A DNA stretch of 64,000 bases from Syntrophaceae bacterium UBA6252 (GCA_002441265.1 DJVQ01000025.1:1422-65421), one strand, 5' to 3'; shown: positions 17,065-28,926, counted from the first letter of the stretch. Notes: generated from the letters alone by a model not told the origin. Made by a program: numbers and translations.

Positions 17065-18375
17065 ATGAACGAGCGGCAACTGAAGACAAAAGGCGGTTCC
17101 GAAAGCGGAATGGTTCTCGTGACCGTTATCCTCCTCCTGTCGGTGGTCACCCTCCTGGGGACCGCGGCCTACCTCCAGGCCTCAGGGAACCTGAGCCTCA
17201 GCGGAAACTTCCGGCAGGCGAAACGGGCCCTTTACGACGCCGACGGGGGAATCCAGTATGTCATCCAGAAAATGGAAGAAGACATCGGCACCCTTTTCTT
17301 CCTGCCGAGCCCAAGCATCGCCGGAACGGTGATCACCCTTCCGACGTACGCTGCGCCCTCGGGATTCTCCTTCACTCCCCCTTCGACGATGACCGACCGG
17401 GGCGGCAACCGGTACCGGTTCCGGGTCACCGGCCAGGCGCCGGGGAACGCCGTTTCGATCCTGGAGGCGGACATCCAGGCCGTGAGAAAACCCGTCTTCG
17501 AGTTCGGCCTCTTTGCCGACGGCGTGGTGGACCTGAAGTCCTCTTCCCATGTCTACAGCTACAATTCCGAGGACACGCCCGACCCGAACCCGGCCGACTT
17601 CCCCGGGGCCTCCACCGGAGAGGCGGACGTCGGGTCGAACACGGAAATCAGGGCCTACATGGACACCTATATCGACGGGGACACGGCCCTCGGAACGAAC
17701 GAAGCGGGAGACGATCCGGGAGACTGGACCGTCACGGGAGTCCCCGTCGTCACGGGCGAGGCGGGCGTGGCCATCGAACGGGTCGATCCCGACCCCCTGG
17801 GGGCCCTGACGCCGGGCAGCGACCTGTACAATCAGTTCAGCGACGTAACCACGAGCAACGACAACAGCCTCGTCGCCCAGCTCACGTCCTCCACAATCAT
17901 CGATCTCGGGAACGGGGAAACGATGACCCTCCTCGGAAAACCGGGAGGGGCCAACTATTACATCACGAGCCTCATCCTGAGGAATGGTTCCACCCTCGTC
18001 ATCGACGCCACCAGCGGCCCCGTGAACGTTTTCCTGAGCGGGACCCTCGATACGGAAGACGGGGACCTGGAGGCGAAAAACGGCTCCCAGATCAACAACA
18101 CCGCACTTCCCACGGACTTCAACCTCTATTCCAACTCCTCCCAGGCCATCGTCCTCAAGCACGGGAGCGAATTCAAGGGGATGGTCTACGCCCCGGCCGC
18201 GCCGGTCTCCCTGATGAACTCCGGAGACGTCTACGGCCTCATCTGGGGGAATACGGTGGACGTGAAGAACTCGGGGGAGTTCTACTTCGACACGGCGTTC
18301 CAGACCAAGTTCCCGTCGAACAAATACGGTCTCGATCTCGTCGCGTGGCGGGACGTCCGGGCCACCGTCCAGTAA
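17065..18375 (+). CDS. PilX-N-domain pilus-associated protein (large, non-cleavable anchor type)
   Basis: 436 aa from ATG 17065. N-terminus GMVLVTVILLLSVVTLLGTAAYLQAS. C-terminal motif VYAPAAPVSLMNSGDVYGLIWGNTVDVKNSGEFYFD. Confidence 0.65.
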   Translation: MNERQLKTKGGSESGMVLVTVILLLSVVTLLGTAAYLQASGNLSLSGNFRQAKRALYDADGGIQYVIQKMEEDIGTLFFLPSPSIAGTVITLPTYAAPSGFSFTPPSTMTDRGGNRYRFRVTGQAPGNAVSILEADIQAVRKPVFEFGLFADGVVDLKSSSHVYSYNSEDTPDPNPADFPGASTGEADVGSNTEIRAYMDTYIDGDTALGTNEAGDDPGDWTVTGVPVVTGEAGVAIERVDPDPLGALTPGSDLYNQFSDVTTSNDNSLVAQLTSSTIIDLGNGETMTLLGKPGGANYYITSLILRNGSTLVIDATSGPVNVFLSGTLDTEDGDLEAKNGSQINNTALPTDFNLYSNSSQAIVLKHGSEFKGMVYAPAAPVSLMNSGDVYGLIWGNTVDVKNSGEFYFDTAFQTKFPSNKYGLDLVAWRDVRATVQ

Positions 18376-18379
18376 GGGA

Positions 18380-19633
18380 ATGCCATCCGCCGCGACCGGG
18401 GCAAACGAGCGGGGCATCGTCCTTGTCACCGTCCTCCTTCTTCTTGCGGTCCTGACGGCCCTTGGAGCGGCGGCGGTCCTCCAGGGGACGGTGGACCTCC
18501 GGATCTGCGGAAATCACCTGGCGGGAATCCAGGCCCGATACGCCGCCGAGGCGGGAGCGAGCGTCGCGGCGGCGATCTTTCTCCAGGACCCCGGCGCTTT
18601 TCCGGAAAGGCGCACGGCGCAACGGTTGGGACTGCCGACGACCCCGCCGGCAAAGCCAAACCTCGGGAAAAATACGGCGTACTGGTGTCCCTCGATCACC
18701 TATGACCCGGCCGACCCGCCGGAATGGGCGGACATCCGGTGTCAGGGAACGGCCCTCGACACGGACAGCCTTGGCGACATCACCGTCCGGATGGGAGCGG
18801 CATACGGCAGCCGGTTCGACTGCGCCGCATTCGGGGAGGAATGGGTCCGTTTGTCCGGCCGGGCGTACACGGACAGTTATCTCTCCGTTCTATTCCCCTG
18901 GACGGCCGAAGGAGGCCGTCAGCGGGGCGACGTCGCAACGAACGGGACCGGCCCCGGGGCGATCACGCTCGCAGGCCGGGCGAAGGTCCATGGATCGGCC
19001 GTCATCGGCGCGAAAGGGTACACGGACGAGGGGATCCGCCTCTCGGGGAGGGCCGCGGAAATCACCGGCGAGAGAAAAGTGGCCGTCGTCCCGAAGGACG
19101 TGACGGCGGTCGCCCTCCCCCGCCGCGTCCAAAACGTTGCCCTGACCCCTTCCCTGACGCTCCCCGGGGGCAGCTACCGGATTTGCGGCATGAAACCGGC
19201 AGGGGGAACGAACATCCGGATCGGCGGCGACGTCACCCTGATCGTCGACGGGGACCTGTACACAACCGGGAAGTCGGAAATCCGGGTACCGCCCGGTTCC
19301 TCTCTGGCCCTGTACGTCGCCGGGGACATGCTCCTGTCGGGGACGGGAATCGTCAACGAAACGGAAATCCCGGAAAAGGTCAGGATACTCGGCGCCTCCA
19401 CCTGCCGGGAGGTGTCCCTCTCCGGCGGGTCGGCCCTCCACGCCGCCGTTTACGCCCCGCAGGCGGATATCCGGATATCGGGCGGGACCGAGCTTTTCGG
19501 CGCCGTTGTCGGAAAAACCGTCGACATCCGCGGTGCCGCCCGCGTTCATTATGACGAAGCACTTCGGGAAGCCGGCGGGGAAACCGTCCCGACCGGATTT
19601 CGAATCCTCTGGTGCAGGGACAACCCGACCTAG
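18380..19633 (+). CDS. Second PilX-N-domain pilus-associated protein (paralog-like architecture)
   Basis: 417 aa. N-terminus GIVLVTVLLLLAVLTALGAAAVLQGT. C-terminal motif VYAPQADIRISGGTELFGAVVGKTVDIRGAARVHYD. Confidence 0.65.
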   Translation: MPSAATGANERGIVLVTVLLLLAVLTALGAAAVLQGTVDLRICGNHLAGIQARYAAEAGASVAAAIFLQDPGAFPERRTAQRLGLPTTPPAKPNLGKNTAYWCPSITYDPADPPEWADIRCQGTALDTDSLGDITVRMGAAYGSRFDCAAFGEEWVRLSGRAYTDSYLSVLFPWTAEGGRQRGDVATNGTGPGAITLAGRAKVHGSAVIGAKGYTDEGIRLSGRAAEITGERKVAVVPKDVTAVALPRRVQNVALTPSLTLPGGSYRICGMKPAGGTNIRIGGDVTLIVDGDLYTTGKSEIRVPPGSSLALYVAGDMLLSGTGIVNETEIPEKVRILGASTCREVSLSGGSALHAAVYAPQADIRISGGTELFGAVVGKTVDIRGAARVHYDEALREAGGETVPTGFRILWCRDNPT

Positions 19634-19673
19634 GAAGAACCCGCGCCCATACCCGGCGCGTCCCGGAAACCTC

Positions 19674-19702
19674 TTGACAGGGTTAAAGGATCATTATAAA
19701 GA
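19674..19702 (+). promoter_or_regulatory. Candidate sigma70 promoter for the mini-gene
   Basis: TTGACA at 19674-19679. The -10 is either TATAAA (15-nt spacer) or TAAAGA (17-nt spacer). Confidence 0.4.
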
Positions 19703-19733
19703 AGTCAGAATTCCCAAGGAGGAAACACCGGTC

Positions 19734-19913
19734 ATGGGAACGGAGAAAAGGTACTGTTCCATATGCGCGTGGAGGGGCACCTGCCAGAAAAGGTTTTCCG
19801 TGAAAACCGATTCTTTCGGCATGGTCTACTGCCCGGATTTTTCCCGGGACCTCTCCATCCGGACAGATGAGGCGGAGGAGCTGATCCGGAAGGAGCGCGA
19901 GGAAAGGGGTTGA
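19734..19913 (+). CDS. Small Cys-rich hypothetical protein (59 aa)
   Basis: Sequence [36 protein letters not shown]... RBS AAGGAGG lies 11 nt upstream. Candidate promoter of its own and a clean terminator follow. This is the internal part of track ORF 19506..19913. Confidence 0.6.
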   Translation: MGTEKRYCSICAWRGTCQKRFSVKTDSFGMVYCPDFSRDLSIRTDEAEELIRKEREERG

Positions 19914-19945
19914 AACGCCCTTTTTCCGAAGGTGTGACATCGAAG

Positions 19946-19971
19946 GTTGGCCCGGCCAGGGCCAACTTTTT
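19946..19971 (+). terminator. Intrinsic terminator
   Basis: Stem GTTGGCCC-GGCCA-GGGCCAAC followed by TTTTT. Confidence 0.7.
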
Positions 19972-19998
19972 CATTTTCTGGGACAAAGAGGAACATTC

Positions 19999-21663
19999 AT
20001 GAAGAAGCGGCTTTGTTCTCTCATCGGAAATTCCATCGCGTCGTGCATGAAAGGGGACGTTTTCCCGGAAGCTCCCCTTCCGCCCTTCGAAGTGGAGCCC
20101 CCCAAGGAGAAGGCCCATGGGGACTATGCGACCAACGCGGCCATGGTGCTCGCCTCTGCGGTCCGCAAGAATCCCAGGATGATCGCCGGCGCCATCGTGG
20201 AGCATCTGGAAGATCCCCGGGGCTGGATCGAAAAAATCGAAATCGCCGGTCCGGGGTTCATCAACTTCTTCATGAAACCCGCCACGTGGGCCGAACTGCT
20301 TCTGGACGTGGACGAACTCGGGGAACGCTACGGTTCGTCCGACATGGGACAGGGGAAACGGGTCCAGGTGGAATTCGTCAGCGCAAACCCCACCGGTCCG
20401 CTGCACATCGGCCACGGGAGGGGTGCCGTCGTCGGCGACGTCATCGCCAGCCTCCTTTCCGCCACCGGTCATAAGGTGTCCCGGGAATACTACATCAACG
20501 ACGCGGGGAACCAGATGGACACCCTGGGACGGTCGGCCTATCTCCGGTACCGGGAACTCCTCGGGGAAGAGATCGTCTATCCCGGCGAATGCTATCAGGG
20601 GTCCTACATCATCGATCTCGCGAGGGAGATCGTCGAGAAAAGGGGAACGGAATTCCTGGAAAAGGACGAGAAGGAGTGCATTCCCTTCTTCAGGGATTAT
20701 GCGGGGAGTTCCATCCTAGAGGGCATCAAGGAGGACCTGCGGGTCTTCGGCATCGTTTTCGACGAGTATTTCAACGAAAGCGAGCTTTACAGGGAAGACG
20801 GCGTCCGGAAGATCCTGGAGGATCTGGAACAAAAAGGATTCATCTACCGGGAAGGGCCGACGCTGTGGTTCCGGACGACCGGATTCGGCGACGAGAAGGA
20901 CCGGGTCGTGATCCGGGAGAACGGGGAACCCACGTATTTCGCGGCCGACATCGCTTATCACCTGAACAAGTACGGGCGGGGCTTCGACAGGGTCATCGAC
21001 ATCTGGGGAGCGGACCACCACGGGTACATCCCCAGGATGTACGCCGGCATCCAGGCCCTCGGCTATTCCAGGGAGGCCCTGGAAGTGGTTCTTGTCCAGC
21101 TCGTCAATCTTCTCCGTGAAGGGAAACCCGTGGCCATGTCCACCCGGTCCGGGGAGTTCGTGACCCTCCGGGAGGTGGTGGACGAAGTGGGCAAGGACGG
21201 CGCGCGGTACAACTTTCTCATGCGCCGCTCCAACAGCCATCTGGATTTCGATCTCGAAATCGCCAAGAAGCAGTCGAATGAAAACCCCGTCTACTACGTC
21301 CAGTACGGCCACGCGAGAATCTGCAGCATTCTCAGAACCGCCGCCGAAAAGGGATTTCCCCTGCCCCGGCGGGGCGAGGTAAACCCCGGGCTTCTCGTCC
21401 TTCCGGAGGAAACCGACATCATCCGGACCATCGACCGGTTCCCCGAGCTGGTGGAGGGGAGCGTGAAGGCCCTGGAGCCGCATCGGATCCCTTTTTACCT
21501 GAACGACCTGGCCGCCCAGTTTCACAGTTACTACAACAAGTGCAGGGTGATCTCGGAGGATCGGGAACTTTCCCTGGCAAGGCTGTTCCTGGTGAACTGC
21601 GTCGGCCTCACCATGCGAAACGCTCTGGGGATCCTCGGCGTGACCGCGCCGGAAAAGATGTAG
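19999..21663 (+). CDS. argS: Arginine--tRNA ligase
   Basis: 554 aa with the HIGH motif ([14 protein letters not shown]) and a KMSKS-like MSTRSG. Confidence 0.95.
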   Translation: MKKRLCSLIGNSIASCMKGDVFPEAPLPPFEVEPPKEKAHGDYATNAAMVLASAVRKNPRMIAGAIVEHLEDPRGWIEKIEIAGPGFINFFMKPATWAELLLDVDELGERYGSSDMGQGKRVQVEFVSANPTGPLHIGHGRGAVVGDVIASLLSATGHKVSREYYINDAGNQMDTLGRSAYLRYRELLGEEIVYPGECYQGSYIIDLAREIVEKRGTEFLEKDEKECIPFFRDYAGSSILEGIKEDLRVFGIVFDEYFNESELYREDGVRKILEDLEQKGFIYREGPTLWFRTTGFGDEKDRVVIRENGEPTYFAADIAYHLNKYGRGFDRVIDIWGADHHGYIPRMYAGIQALGYSREALEVVLVQLVNLLREGKPVAMSTRSGEFVTLREVVDEVGKDGARYNFLMRRSNSHLDFDLEIAKKQSNENPVYYVQYGHARICSILRTAAEKGFPLPRRGEVNPGLLVLPEETDIIRTIDRFPELVEGSVKALEPHRIPFYLNDLAAQFHSYYNKCRVISEDRELSLARLFLVNCVGLTMRNALGILGVTAPEKM

Positions 21664-21747
21664 GTCCCGAAGGAGGAAATCGGTCGTCCCGTCTCCGGGG
21701 CTTTTGCCTTTGCCTTTTGAAAAAGCGTTATTGGGACTTCTTGCGGA

Positions 21748-22404
21748 TTGATCATGGGATTGGGCAAGGGAAGACGTTTTCAGTTCACCCTCGGGAAAGT
21801 GGGGTTCGTCTTCTTCCTTTTCGGCATCTCCGCCCTTCTCCTGCTTTCCTTTCTCTTCGGGATCCTTGTGGGCAGGAACATCGACACGTATCCCGAAAAG
21901 ATCGCCAAGGAAATCCCCGCGGCGGTGACGAAAAAGATCGCGGGAGCCCTCCAGGGGGAGAAGGAGCCGGACGCAGGGAAGGAAACGAAGCCCGCCGGGG
22001 AAGAAGGAAAGAAGGGGGAGGCGCCCTTTCAGTATCGGTATTACGAGACCCTGACGGAGAAGAAGGACACCCCGCCGGCGGCGGCGGAACAGCCCGCCCC
22101 GGCCCCGGCCCCGGCCCCGGCCCGGACGGAAGGACCAAAGGAAACCGTGAAGCCTCCGGCGGTCCGCTACACGGTCCAGGTGGCCTCTCTCCGTGAAAGG
22201 TCCGGCGCGGAAGAAGTCCGGAAGGACCTCGTCTCCCTCGGATTCCGTCCCGTCATGGATACGGTGGTGTTGAAGGGCCGAGGCACCTGGCACCGGATAC
22301 GCCTCACGGGATACGGAAGCTTCGAGGCGGCGAAGGAAGCGGCGGCGGCGGTGGAAAAGAAACTCCGCGGAACCCGCTGCATCATCCGAAAGGAAACATC
22401 CTAG
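21748..22404 (+). CDS. SPOR-domain membrane protein
   Basis: N-terminal TM helix, a Pro/Ala/Glu-rich linker, and a C-terminal SPOR-like domain (YTVQVASLRERSGAEEVRKDL...WHRIRLTGYGSFEAAKEA). The start may be ATG 21754. Confidence 0.75.
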   Translation: MIMGLGKGRRFQFTLGKVGFVFFLFGISALLLLSFLFGILVGRNIDTYPEKIAKEIPAAVTKKIAGALQGEKEPDAGKETKPAGEEGKKGEAPFQYRYYETLTEKKDTPPAAAEQPAPAPAPAPARTEGPKETVKPPAVRYTVQVASLRERSGAEEVRKDLVSLGFRPVMDTVVLKGRGTWHRIRLTGYGSFEAAKEAAAAVEKKLRGTRCIIRKETS

Positions 22405-22504
22405 GGAAAAGGTGCGACCCGTATAACAGGATTCGGGCGCTTCGGCCGCGGAACTTTTATCTTCGCCGTTCGAAAAAATTTTTCAGACCTTTTGCGAGTT
22501 CGTT

Positions 22505-23836
<1,332 letters not shown>

Positions 23837-23900
23837 ATACCCTTATCTTATGTTATAAAAAGTATTTACGAAAAATTTTCTGGAGGTGACATCGGGCCAC

Positions 23901-24143
23901 ATGGCAGCTAAAATCAGATTGACAAGGATAGGCGCAAGGAAAAGACCTTTCTACCGGATCGTCGTCGCCGACGGCAGGGCTCCGAGGGACGGCCGGTTTT
24001 CGGAGGTCGTGGGAACCTATGACCCGAAGAAGGATCCGGCTGAGATCCGGTTCAAGGAGGACCGGGTGAAAGAGTGGCTCTCCAGGGGAGCGGAACCGTC
24101 GGAAACGGTTTCCAGTCTCCTGAAAAAGAAGGGAATCCTCTAG
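23901..24143 (+). CDS. rpsP: 30S ribosomal protein S16
   Basis: Begins [24 protein letters not shown]. Start trimmed to ATG 23901. Confidence 0.95.
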   Translation: MAAKIRLTRIGARKRPFYRIVVADGRAPRDGRFSEVVGTYDPKKDPAEIRFKEDRVKEWLSRGAEPSETVSSLLKKKGIL

Positions 24144-24244
24144 AAAAATAGAGGCCTGGCGCGTGGAAATTGACGGGTTTTTCGTTGTTCAATCGCCGTG
24201 AATAAGGTATGTTATATACACCACAACCTGCGGAGGGGACTACG

Positions 24245-24475
24245 ATGAAAGATTTGATCAAGTACATCGCACAGGCGCTGGTGGATCGTCCGGAAAACGT
24301 TGATGTCTCGGAGGTGGCGGGCGAGCAGACTTCGGTGATCGAACTGAGAGTCGCAAAGGAGGACTTGGGAAAGGTCATCGGCAAACAGGGAAAGACCGCA
24401 AAGGCCATGCGGACGATTCTGAGCGCGGCATCGTCCAAGCTGCACAAAAGAGCGGTCCTGGAGATCATCGAGTAG
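24245..24475 (+). CDS. KH-domain RNA-binding protein (YlqC/UPF0109)
   Basis: Begins [17 protein letters not shown]; KH motif [13 protein letters not shown]. Sits in the slot between rpsP and rimM. Confidence 0.88.
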   Translation: MKDLIKYIAQALVDRPENVDVSEVAGEQTSVIELRVAKEDLGKVIGKQGKTAKAMRTILSAASSKLHKRAVLEIIE

Positions 24476-24979
24476 TTGAGCGGTTTTTTTGAAATCGGAA
24501 CCGTCCGAAGAGTCGTAGGACTCAAGGGTCGTTTTTTCGTGGCCGGCCATCTGGAATCGCCGGAAATCCTGGAGGACGCCACGGAAGTCCGAATCGATCA
24601 GCGGGACGGCCATGCATCGTGGCACCGCATTGAATATGCACGGTTCTCAAAAAAAGGCATTGCGCTGGAGGTGGAGGGAATAAAAAGCCGGGAAGCGGCG
24701 GAAAGCCTGATCGGGAGCATCGTGTTTCTTTCGGCCGACGGCATGGAGGAACTCCAGGAAGGCGAATATTACTGGAAAGACCTGATCGGCGTGGCGGTCT
24801 TTTCGGAAGAGGGGGAATGGCTCGGAAACATCGAGGGCATCTTTCCCACGGGAAGCAACGACGTGTATGTCTGCACCGGAGGTGCCCGGGAAATCCTGAT
24901 CCCCGCCATCGATGAGGTCGTCCGGAAGGTGGATGTGGGGAAACGGACCATGGTCGTTCATCTTCTGGAAGGGCTGTAA
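24476..24979 (+). CDS. rimM: Ribosome maturation factor RimM
   Basis: 167 aa with a TTG start and a PRC-barrel C-terminus. Fits the rpsP-rimM-trmD order. Confidence 0.88.
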   Translation: MSGFFEIGTVRRVVGLKGRFFVAGHLESPEILEDATEVRIDQRDGHASWHRIEYARFSKKGIALEVEGIKSREAAESLIGSIVFLSADGMEELQEGEYYWKDLIGVAVFSEEGEWLGNIEGIFPTGSNDVYVCTGGAREILIPAIDEVVRKVDVGKRTMVVHLLEGL

Positions 24980-24982
24980 GGA

Positions 24983-25747
24983 ATGCTCCGGTTTGATGTT
25001 CTCACCATCTTTCCGGGGATGTTCGCGTCCCTCACCGATTTCAGCCTCATCCGCAAGGCCCGGGAAAAAGGGATTCTCCGCGTAGACGTTCACGACATCC
25101 GGGAACATGCGGAAGACAGGCACCGCATGACGGACGATTACCCCTACGGCGGAGGCGGCGGCATGGTCATGAAGATCGAGCCCGTCGCAAAGGCCCTTCA
25201 AGCCGTTCTTTCGGAAAGTGAAAGCGGGGAAAGACCCGTTGTCGTTCTCCTGACCCCCCAGGGGGAGACGTTCAACCAGGGGATGGCGGAGGAACTGGCC
25301 CGTTTCAGCCGGATCGTCCTCATCTGCGGGCATTACGAGGGCGTGGACGAGCGGATCCGGGAACATCTGGCGGACCGCGAGATTTCCATCGGCGATTACG
25401 TCCTCACCGGCGGGGAGCTTCCCGCGATGGTGGTGATCGACGCCGTATCGCGGCTTATCCCGGAATTTCTGGGAAACCGGGAATCGGCCCGGCAGGACTC
25501 CTTCTCCTCCGGACTGCTGGAATATCCCCAGTACACACGGCCCCGTTCCTTCCGGGGATGGGAGGTCCCGGAGGTCCTGCTGTCGGGAAACCACCGGGAA
25601 ATCGAGGCCTGGAGGAAGGCGGAATCCCTCCGGAGAACCCGCCTCAGAAAGCCGGAGCTGCTGGAAGGCGCCGATCTCACCGAGGAGGACCGGAAGATCC
25701 TTTCCCGATACCGGGCGGAGGAAACGCCGGAGAAGAATTCCCCGTAA
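24983..25747 (+). CDS. trmD: tRNA (guanine37-N1)-methyltransferase TrmD
   Basis: 254 aa with [12 protein letters not shown] and YPQYTRP. Confidence 0.95.
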   Translation: MLRFDVLTIFPGMFASLTDFSLIRKAREKGILRVDVHDIREHAEDRHRMTDDYPYGGGGGMVMKIEPVAKALQAVLSESESGERPVVVLLTPQGETFNQGMAEELARFSRIVLICGHYEGVDERIREHLADREISIGDYVLTGGELPAMVVIDAVSRLIPEFLGNRESARQDSFSSGLLEYPQYTRPRSFRGWEVPEVLLSGNHREIEAWRKAESLRRTRLRKPELLEGADLTEEDRKILSRYRAEETPEKNSP

Positions 25748-25786
25748 ACCCGGCTCCCCGGGCGGCGGGACGTACCGGCGGCGGTC

Positions 25787-26347
25787 ATGTGCAGGCTCTA
25801 TATCGCTCTTTTGCACTATCCCGTCTACAACAGACGGAAAGAGGTGGTCGCCACGGCGGTGACCAACCTCGACATTCACGATATTGCAAGGGCCGCCATG
25901 ACCTTCGGGGTCGGGCGGTTTTATATTGTCACCCCCGTGGAGGAACAGCGGGAACTGGTCCGGCGCATCGCGGACCACTGGAGGAAAGGTTTCGGGAGCC
26001 GGTACAACCCCTCCCGGAAGGAAGCCTTTCGCACCCTCGCCGTGGTCCCTTCCCTCGAGGAAGCGCAGGGGGACATCGCCGGGGAAACGAACATGCGCCC
26101 GGTCACCGTCGCCACGGGAGCCTCTCTGAACGGACCGTTTCTCCGGTTTTCGGAGATGCGGGAGCGAATCCGCTCCCGGGAGGAGCCCCATCTGATTCTT
26201 TTCGGAACGGGGTGGGGCCTGGCGGATGAGGTCGCAAGGACGGCGGACCACCGGCTGGAACCCGTCCGGGGCGCCTGCGAATACAACCACCTGTCGGTTC
26301 GATCCGCGGCCGCCATCGTACTGGACCGGATCGCGGGGCGGGAATGA
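25787..26347 (+). CDS. Predicted SPOUT-like RNA methyltransferase (Methyltrn_RNA_4/DUF2168-like)
   Basis: 186 aa with ALLHYPVYNRRKEVVATAVTNLDIHDIARAAMTFGV. Embedded between trmD and rplS. Confidence 0.6.
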   Translation: MCRLYIALLHYPVYNRRKEVVATAVTNLDIHDIARAAMTFGVGRFYIVTPVEEQRELVRRIADHWRKGFGSRYNPSRKEAFRTLAVVPSLEEAQGDIAGETNMRPVTVATGASLNGPFLRFSEMRERIRSREEPHLILFGTGWGLADEVARTADHRLEPVRGACEYNHLSVRSAAAIVLDRIAGRE

Positions 26348-26415
26348 AGAGACGACAAGGAAGCCTTGATTCGACTTTTGCCGATTTCGTCAAATATTGA
26401 AGGAGGATACATCCA

Positions 26416-26763
26416 ATGAACGTCCTGGACATGCTCGAAAGGGAACAGATGAGGGGGGACATTCCCCCTTTCAAATCAGGGGATACGATCAAGGTCTACG
26501 TCCGCATCGTCGAAGGGCAGAAGGAACGCCTCCAGCTTTTCGAAGGCGTGGTGATCCGGAAAAGGGCCGGCGGCAGCCGCACCAATTTCACGGTCCGGAA
26601 AGTCTCTCACGGCGTAGGCGTTGAAAGGACCTTTCCCGTCCACTCCCCCATGATCGACCGGATCGAGGTGGTGAGCCGCGGCAAGGTCCGCCGGTCAAGA
26701 CTGTTCTATCTCCGGGCCCTGAGAGGGAAGAAGGCCAAGGTCAAGGAAATCGGCCGGCGGTAA
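26416..26763 (+). CDS. rplS: 50S ribosomal protein L19
   Basis: 115 aa with [28 protein letters not shown]. Confidence 0.96.
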   Translation: MNVLDMLEREQMRGDIPPFKSGDTIKVYVRIVEGQKERLQLFEGVVIRKRAGGSRTNFTVRKVSHGVGVERTFPVHSPMIDRIEVVSRGKVRRSRLFYLRALRGKKAKVKEIGRR

Positions 26764-26879
26764 GGAACGCCGCCGGGAAACGGACCGGACGCCCCGGGCA
26801 TCCCCGGCGGGGAAAGCCCCGGGCCCGGAGGGCTCGGGCCCGCCCGCTTCAAGGAAAGAGCGGCCCGAGGGAGGAACCT

Positions 26880-27506
26880 GTGGTCCTTACGGGAAGCCGT
26901 CCCGGGATGGATGTCCATGAATCGGAGGCGCGTAGCCTCGGGTTCCGCTGGATCGCCGGAATCGACGAAGCGGGCCGGGGACCCCTGGCGGGACCGGTGG
27001 TCGCGGCGGCAGTCATCCTGCCGGACGGGTACCGCAACGGCGACATCAACGATTCCAAGGCCCTTTCCCCGGCCAGGCGGGAAACCCTCTACGGCGTCAT
27101 CGGTCGGGAAGCCGTCGCCATCGGGATCGGCGTCGTCGGTCCCGGGGACATCGACCGGATGAACATCCTTCAGGCGACGCTGCGCGCCATGAGAGAGGCG
27201 GTCGAAAACCTCTCCCACCCGTACGACTGTCTTCTCATCGACGGCAGGAACTCCCTTCCGCTGCCCATCCACCAGAAAACCATCATCGGGGGCGACGGCA
27301 AAAGCCTCTCCATCGCCTCGGCATCCATCGTCGCCAAGGTTTTCCGGGACCGGATCATGGACGAGATGGATCTCCGGTACCCCCTTTACGGCTTTCGGAA
27401 ACACAAAGGATACGGGACCCCGGAGCACCGCCGGGCGATCCGGGACCACGGCCCCTGCGACATTCACCGCCGGTCCTTCCGGTTCAGAACGGATGATCTC
27501 TCCTGA
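26880..27506 (+). CDS. rnhB: Ribonuclease HII
   Basis: GTG start with GGAGG 5 nt upstream. Motif [17 protein letters not shown]. Confidence 0.93.
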   Translation: MVLTGSRPGMDVHESEARSLGFRWIAGIDEAGRGPLAGPVVAAAVILPDGYRNGDINDSKALSPARRETLYGVIGREAVAIGIGVVGPGDIDRMNILQATLRAMREAVENLSHPYDCLLIDGRNSLPLPIHQKTIIGGDGKSLSIASASIVAKVFRDRIMDEMDLRYPLYGFRKHKGYGTPEHRRAIRDHGPCDIHRRSFRFRTDDLS

Positions 27507-27882
27507 AAAAAGGCCCCGCGGGACGGGGGCCGCGGGAAAAGCCGGCGAAGACCTGGCCGCCGCCTCCCTGGAAAGGGCGGGATACGACATCCTCTGCCGG
27601 AACTACCGCTGCCGCCACGGGGAACTGGACATCGTGGCCAGGGAGGGGAGGCATCTCGTTTTCGTCGAGGTGAAAAGCCGCCGTTCGCTCCGTTTCGGAG
27701 AACCCCACGAGGCGATCGACTCGAGAAAGCGGCGCCGGATGTCCCGGGCCGCTCTCCACTACCTGCAGCATCACGGGGGGACGGAACAGGACGCGCGCTT
27801 CGATGTTCTTTTCGTCCGATTCACCGCCGGCGGCGGAACGGAAATCCGCCTGATCCGGAACGCCTTCGAGGTCTGTCCGTGA
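27493..27882 (+). CDS. yraN: YraN-family (UPF0102) endonuclease-like protein
   Basis: 129 aa with [25 protein letters not shown]. Confidence 0.88.
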   Translation: MISPEKRPRGTGAAGKAGEDLAAASLERAGYDILCRNYRCRHGELDIVAREGRHLVFVEVKSRRSLRFGEPHEAIDSRKRRRMSRAALHYLQHHGGTEQDARFDVLFVRFTAGGGTEIRLIRNAFEVCP

Positions 27883-28721
27883 AAGGAACGCTCTTCATCG
27901 TCGCCACGCCCATCGGAAACCTGGAGGACATCACCCTCCGGGCCATCCGCGTTCTCCGGGAGGCGGGGCTCGTGGCGGCGGAGGACACCCGCCGCACGGC
28001 AAAGCTCTTTCAGGCCCACGGGATCCGGACGCCCCTCACCAGCCTCCATGACTGGAACGAACGGGAAAAAAGCGCCGCCATCATGGAAAAGCTCCTTGCC
28101 GGAATGAACGTGGCCTGCGTATCCGACGCGGGGACTCCCGGGATTTCCGATCCCGGATACGTCCTCGTGAAAACGGCCATCGAAAAAGGCATTCCCGTCG
28201 TTCCCGTGCCGGGGCCGTCGGCGATCATCACCGCCGTCAGCGTGTCGGGGCTTCCCATGGACCGGTTCGTCTTCTTCGGCTTTCTGCCGTCGAGGGCAAG
28301 CCAGCGCAGGAAATTCCTGGCGTCCCTCGCCGACGAGGAGAAAACCATGATTTTTCACGAATCCCCCCGCCGCCTGCGGGAGGCGCTGGAGGACCTCGGG
28401 GAGCTTCTCGGGGACCGGGAGATCGTCGTCGCCCGGGAACTGACGAAACTGCACGAGGAAATCCTGAGGGGGACGGTCTCGGAGGTGCGCGACCAGTTGA
28501 AGGACAATCCTCCCCGGGGGGAAATCACCCTTCTCGTTTCGGGCAGGCCGAAAAAATCCGCTCCGCCGGAGCCGGGAGACGCGTTGCGCGACCGGATCCT
28601 CGAACTCGCCGGGGAAGGCGGCGCATCGGTGCGGGACCTGGTTTCGCGCCTCACCGAAGAAACGGGACTCCCGCGGAGCATGATGTATCGGGAAGCCCTC
28701 CAGGTCCTGAAGAAGAAATAA
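27879..28721 (+). CDS. rsmI: 16S rRNA (cytidine1402-2'-O)-methyltransferase RsmI
   Basis: 280 aa with GTLFIVATPIGNLEDITLRA (tetrapyrrole-methylase fold). Confidence 0.92.
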   Translation: MKGTLFIVATPIGNLEDITLRAIRVLREAGLVAAEDTRRTAKLFQAHGIRTPLTSLHDWNEREKSAAIMEKLLAGMNVACVSDAGTPGISDPGYVLVKTAIEKGIPVVPVPGPSAIITAVSVSGLPMDRFVFFGFLPSRASQRRKFLASLADEEKTMIFHESPRRLREALEDLGELLGDREIVVARELTKLHEEILRGTVSEVRDQLKDNPPRGEITLLVSGRPKKSAPPEPGDALRDRILELAGEGGASVRDLVSRLTEETGLPRSMMYREALQVLKKK

Positions 28722-28926
28722 AACGTCATCCTTCCGGTACGTCCCGCCCCCCGCAGAACCGCACGTCAGGCAAATTTCCTTCGTTCCAACTGTCTCATGT
28801 AGCCCGGCCCTTCAAGGCCGGCGGCCTTTGACGCACCGTTGCCCGCAACGCCGGGGCTGAAGCCCCGGACTACATTTGAAGATTCTTATCATCCATCGGG
28901 ATTTTACCGCAGACAACCGCCATAGA

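Noticed and set aside
22425-22450. GGATTCGGGCGC fragment similar to the dispersed 80-nt element, upstream of ffh
   Set aside because: Only about 11 nt match, which is too short to call a copy.
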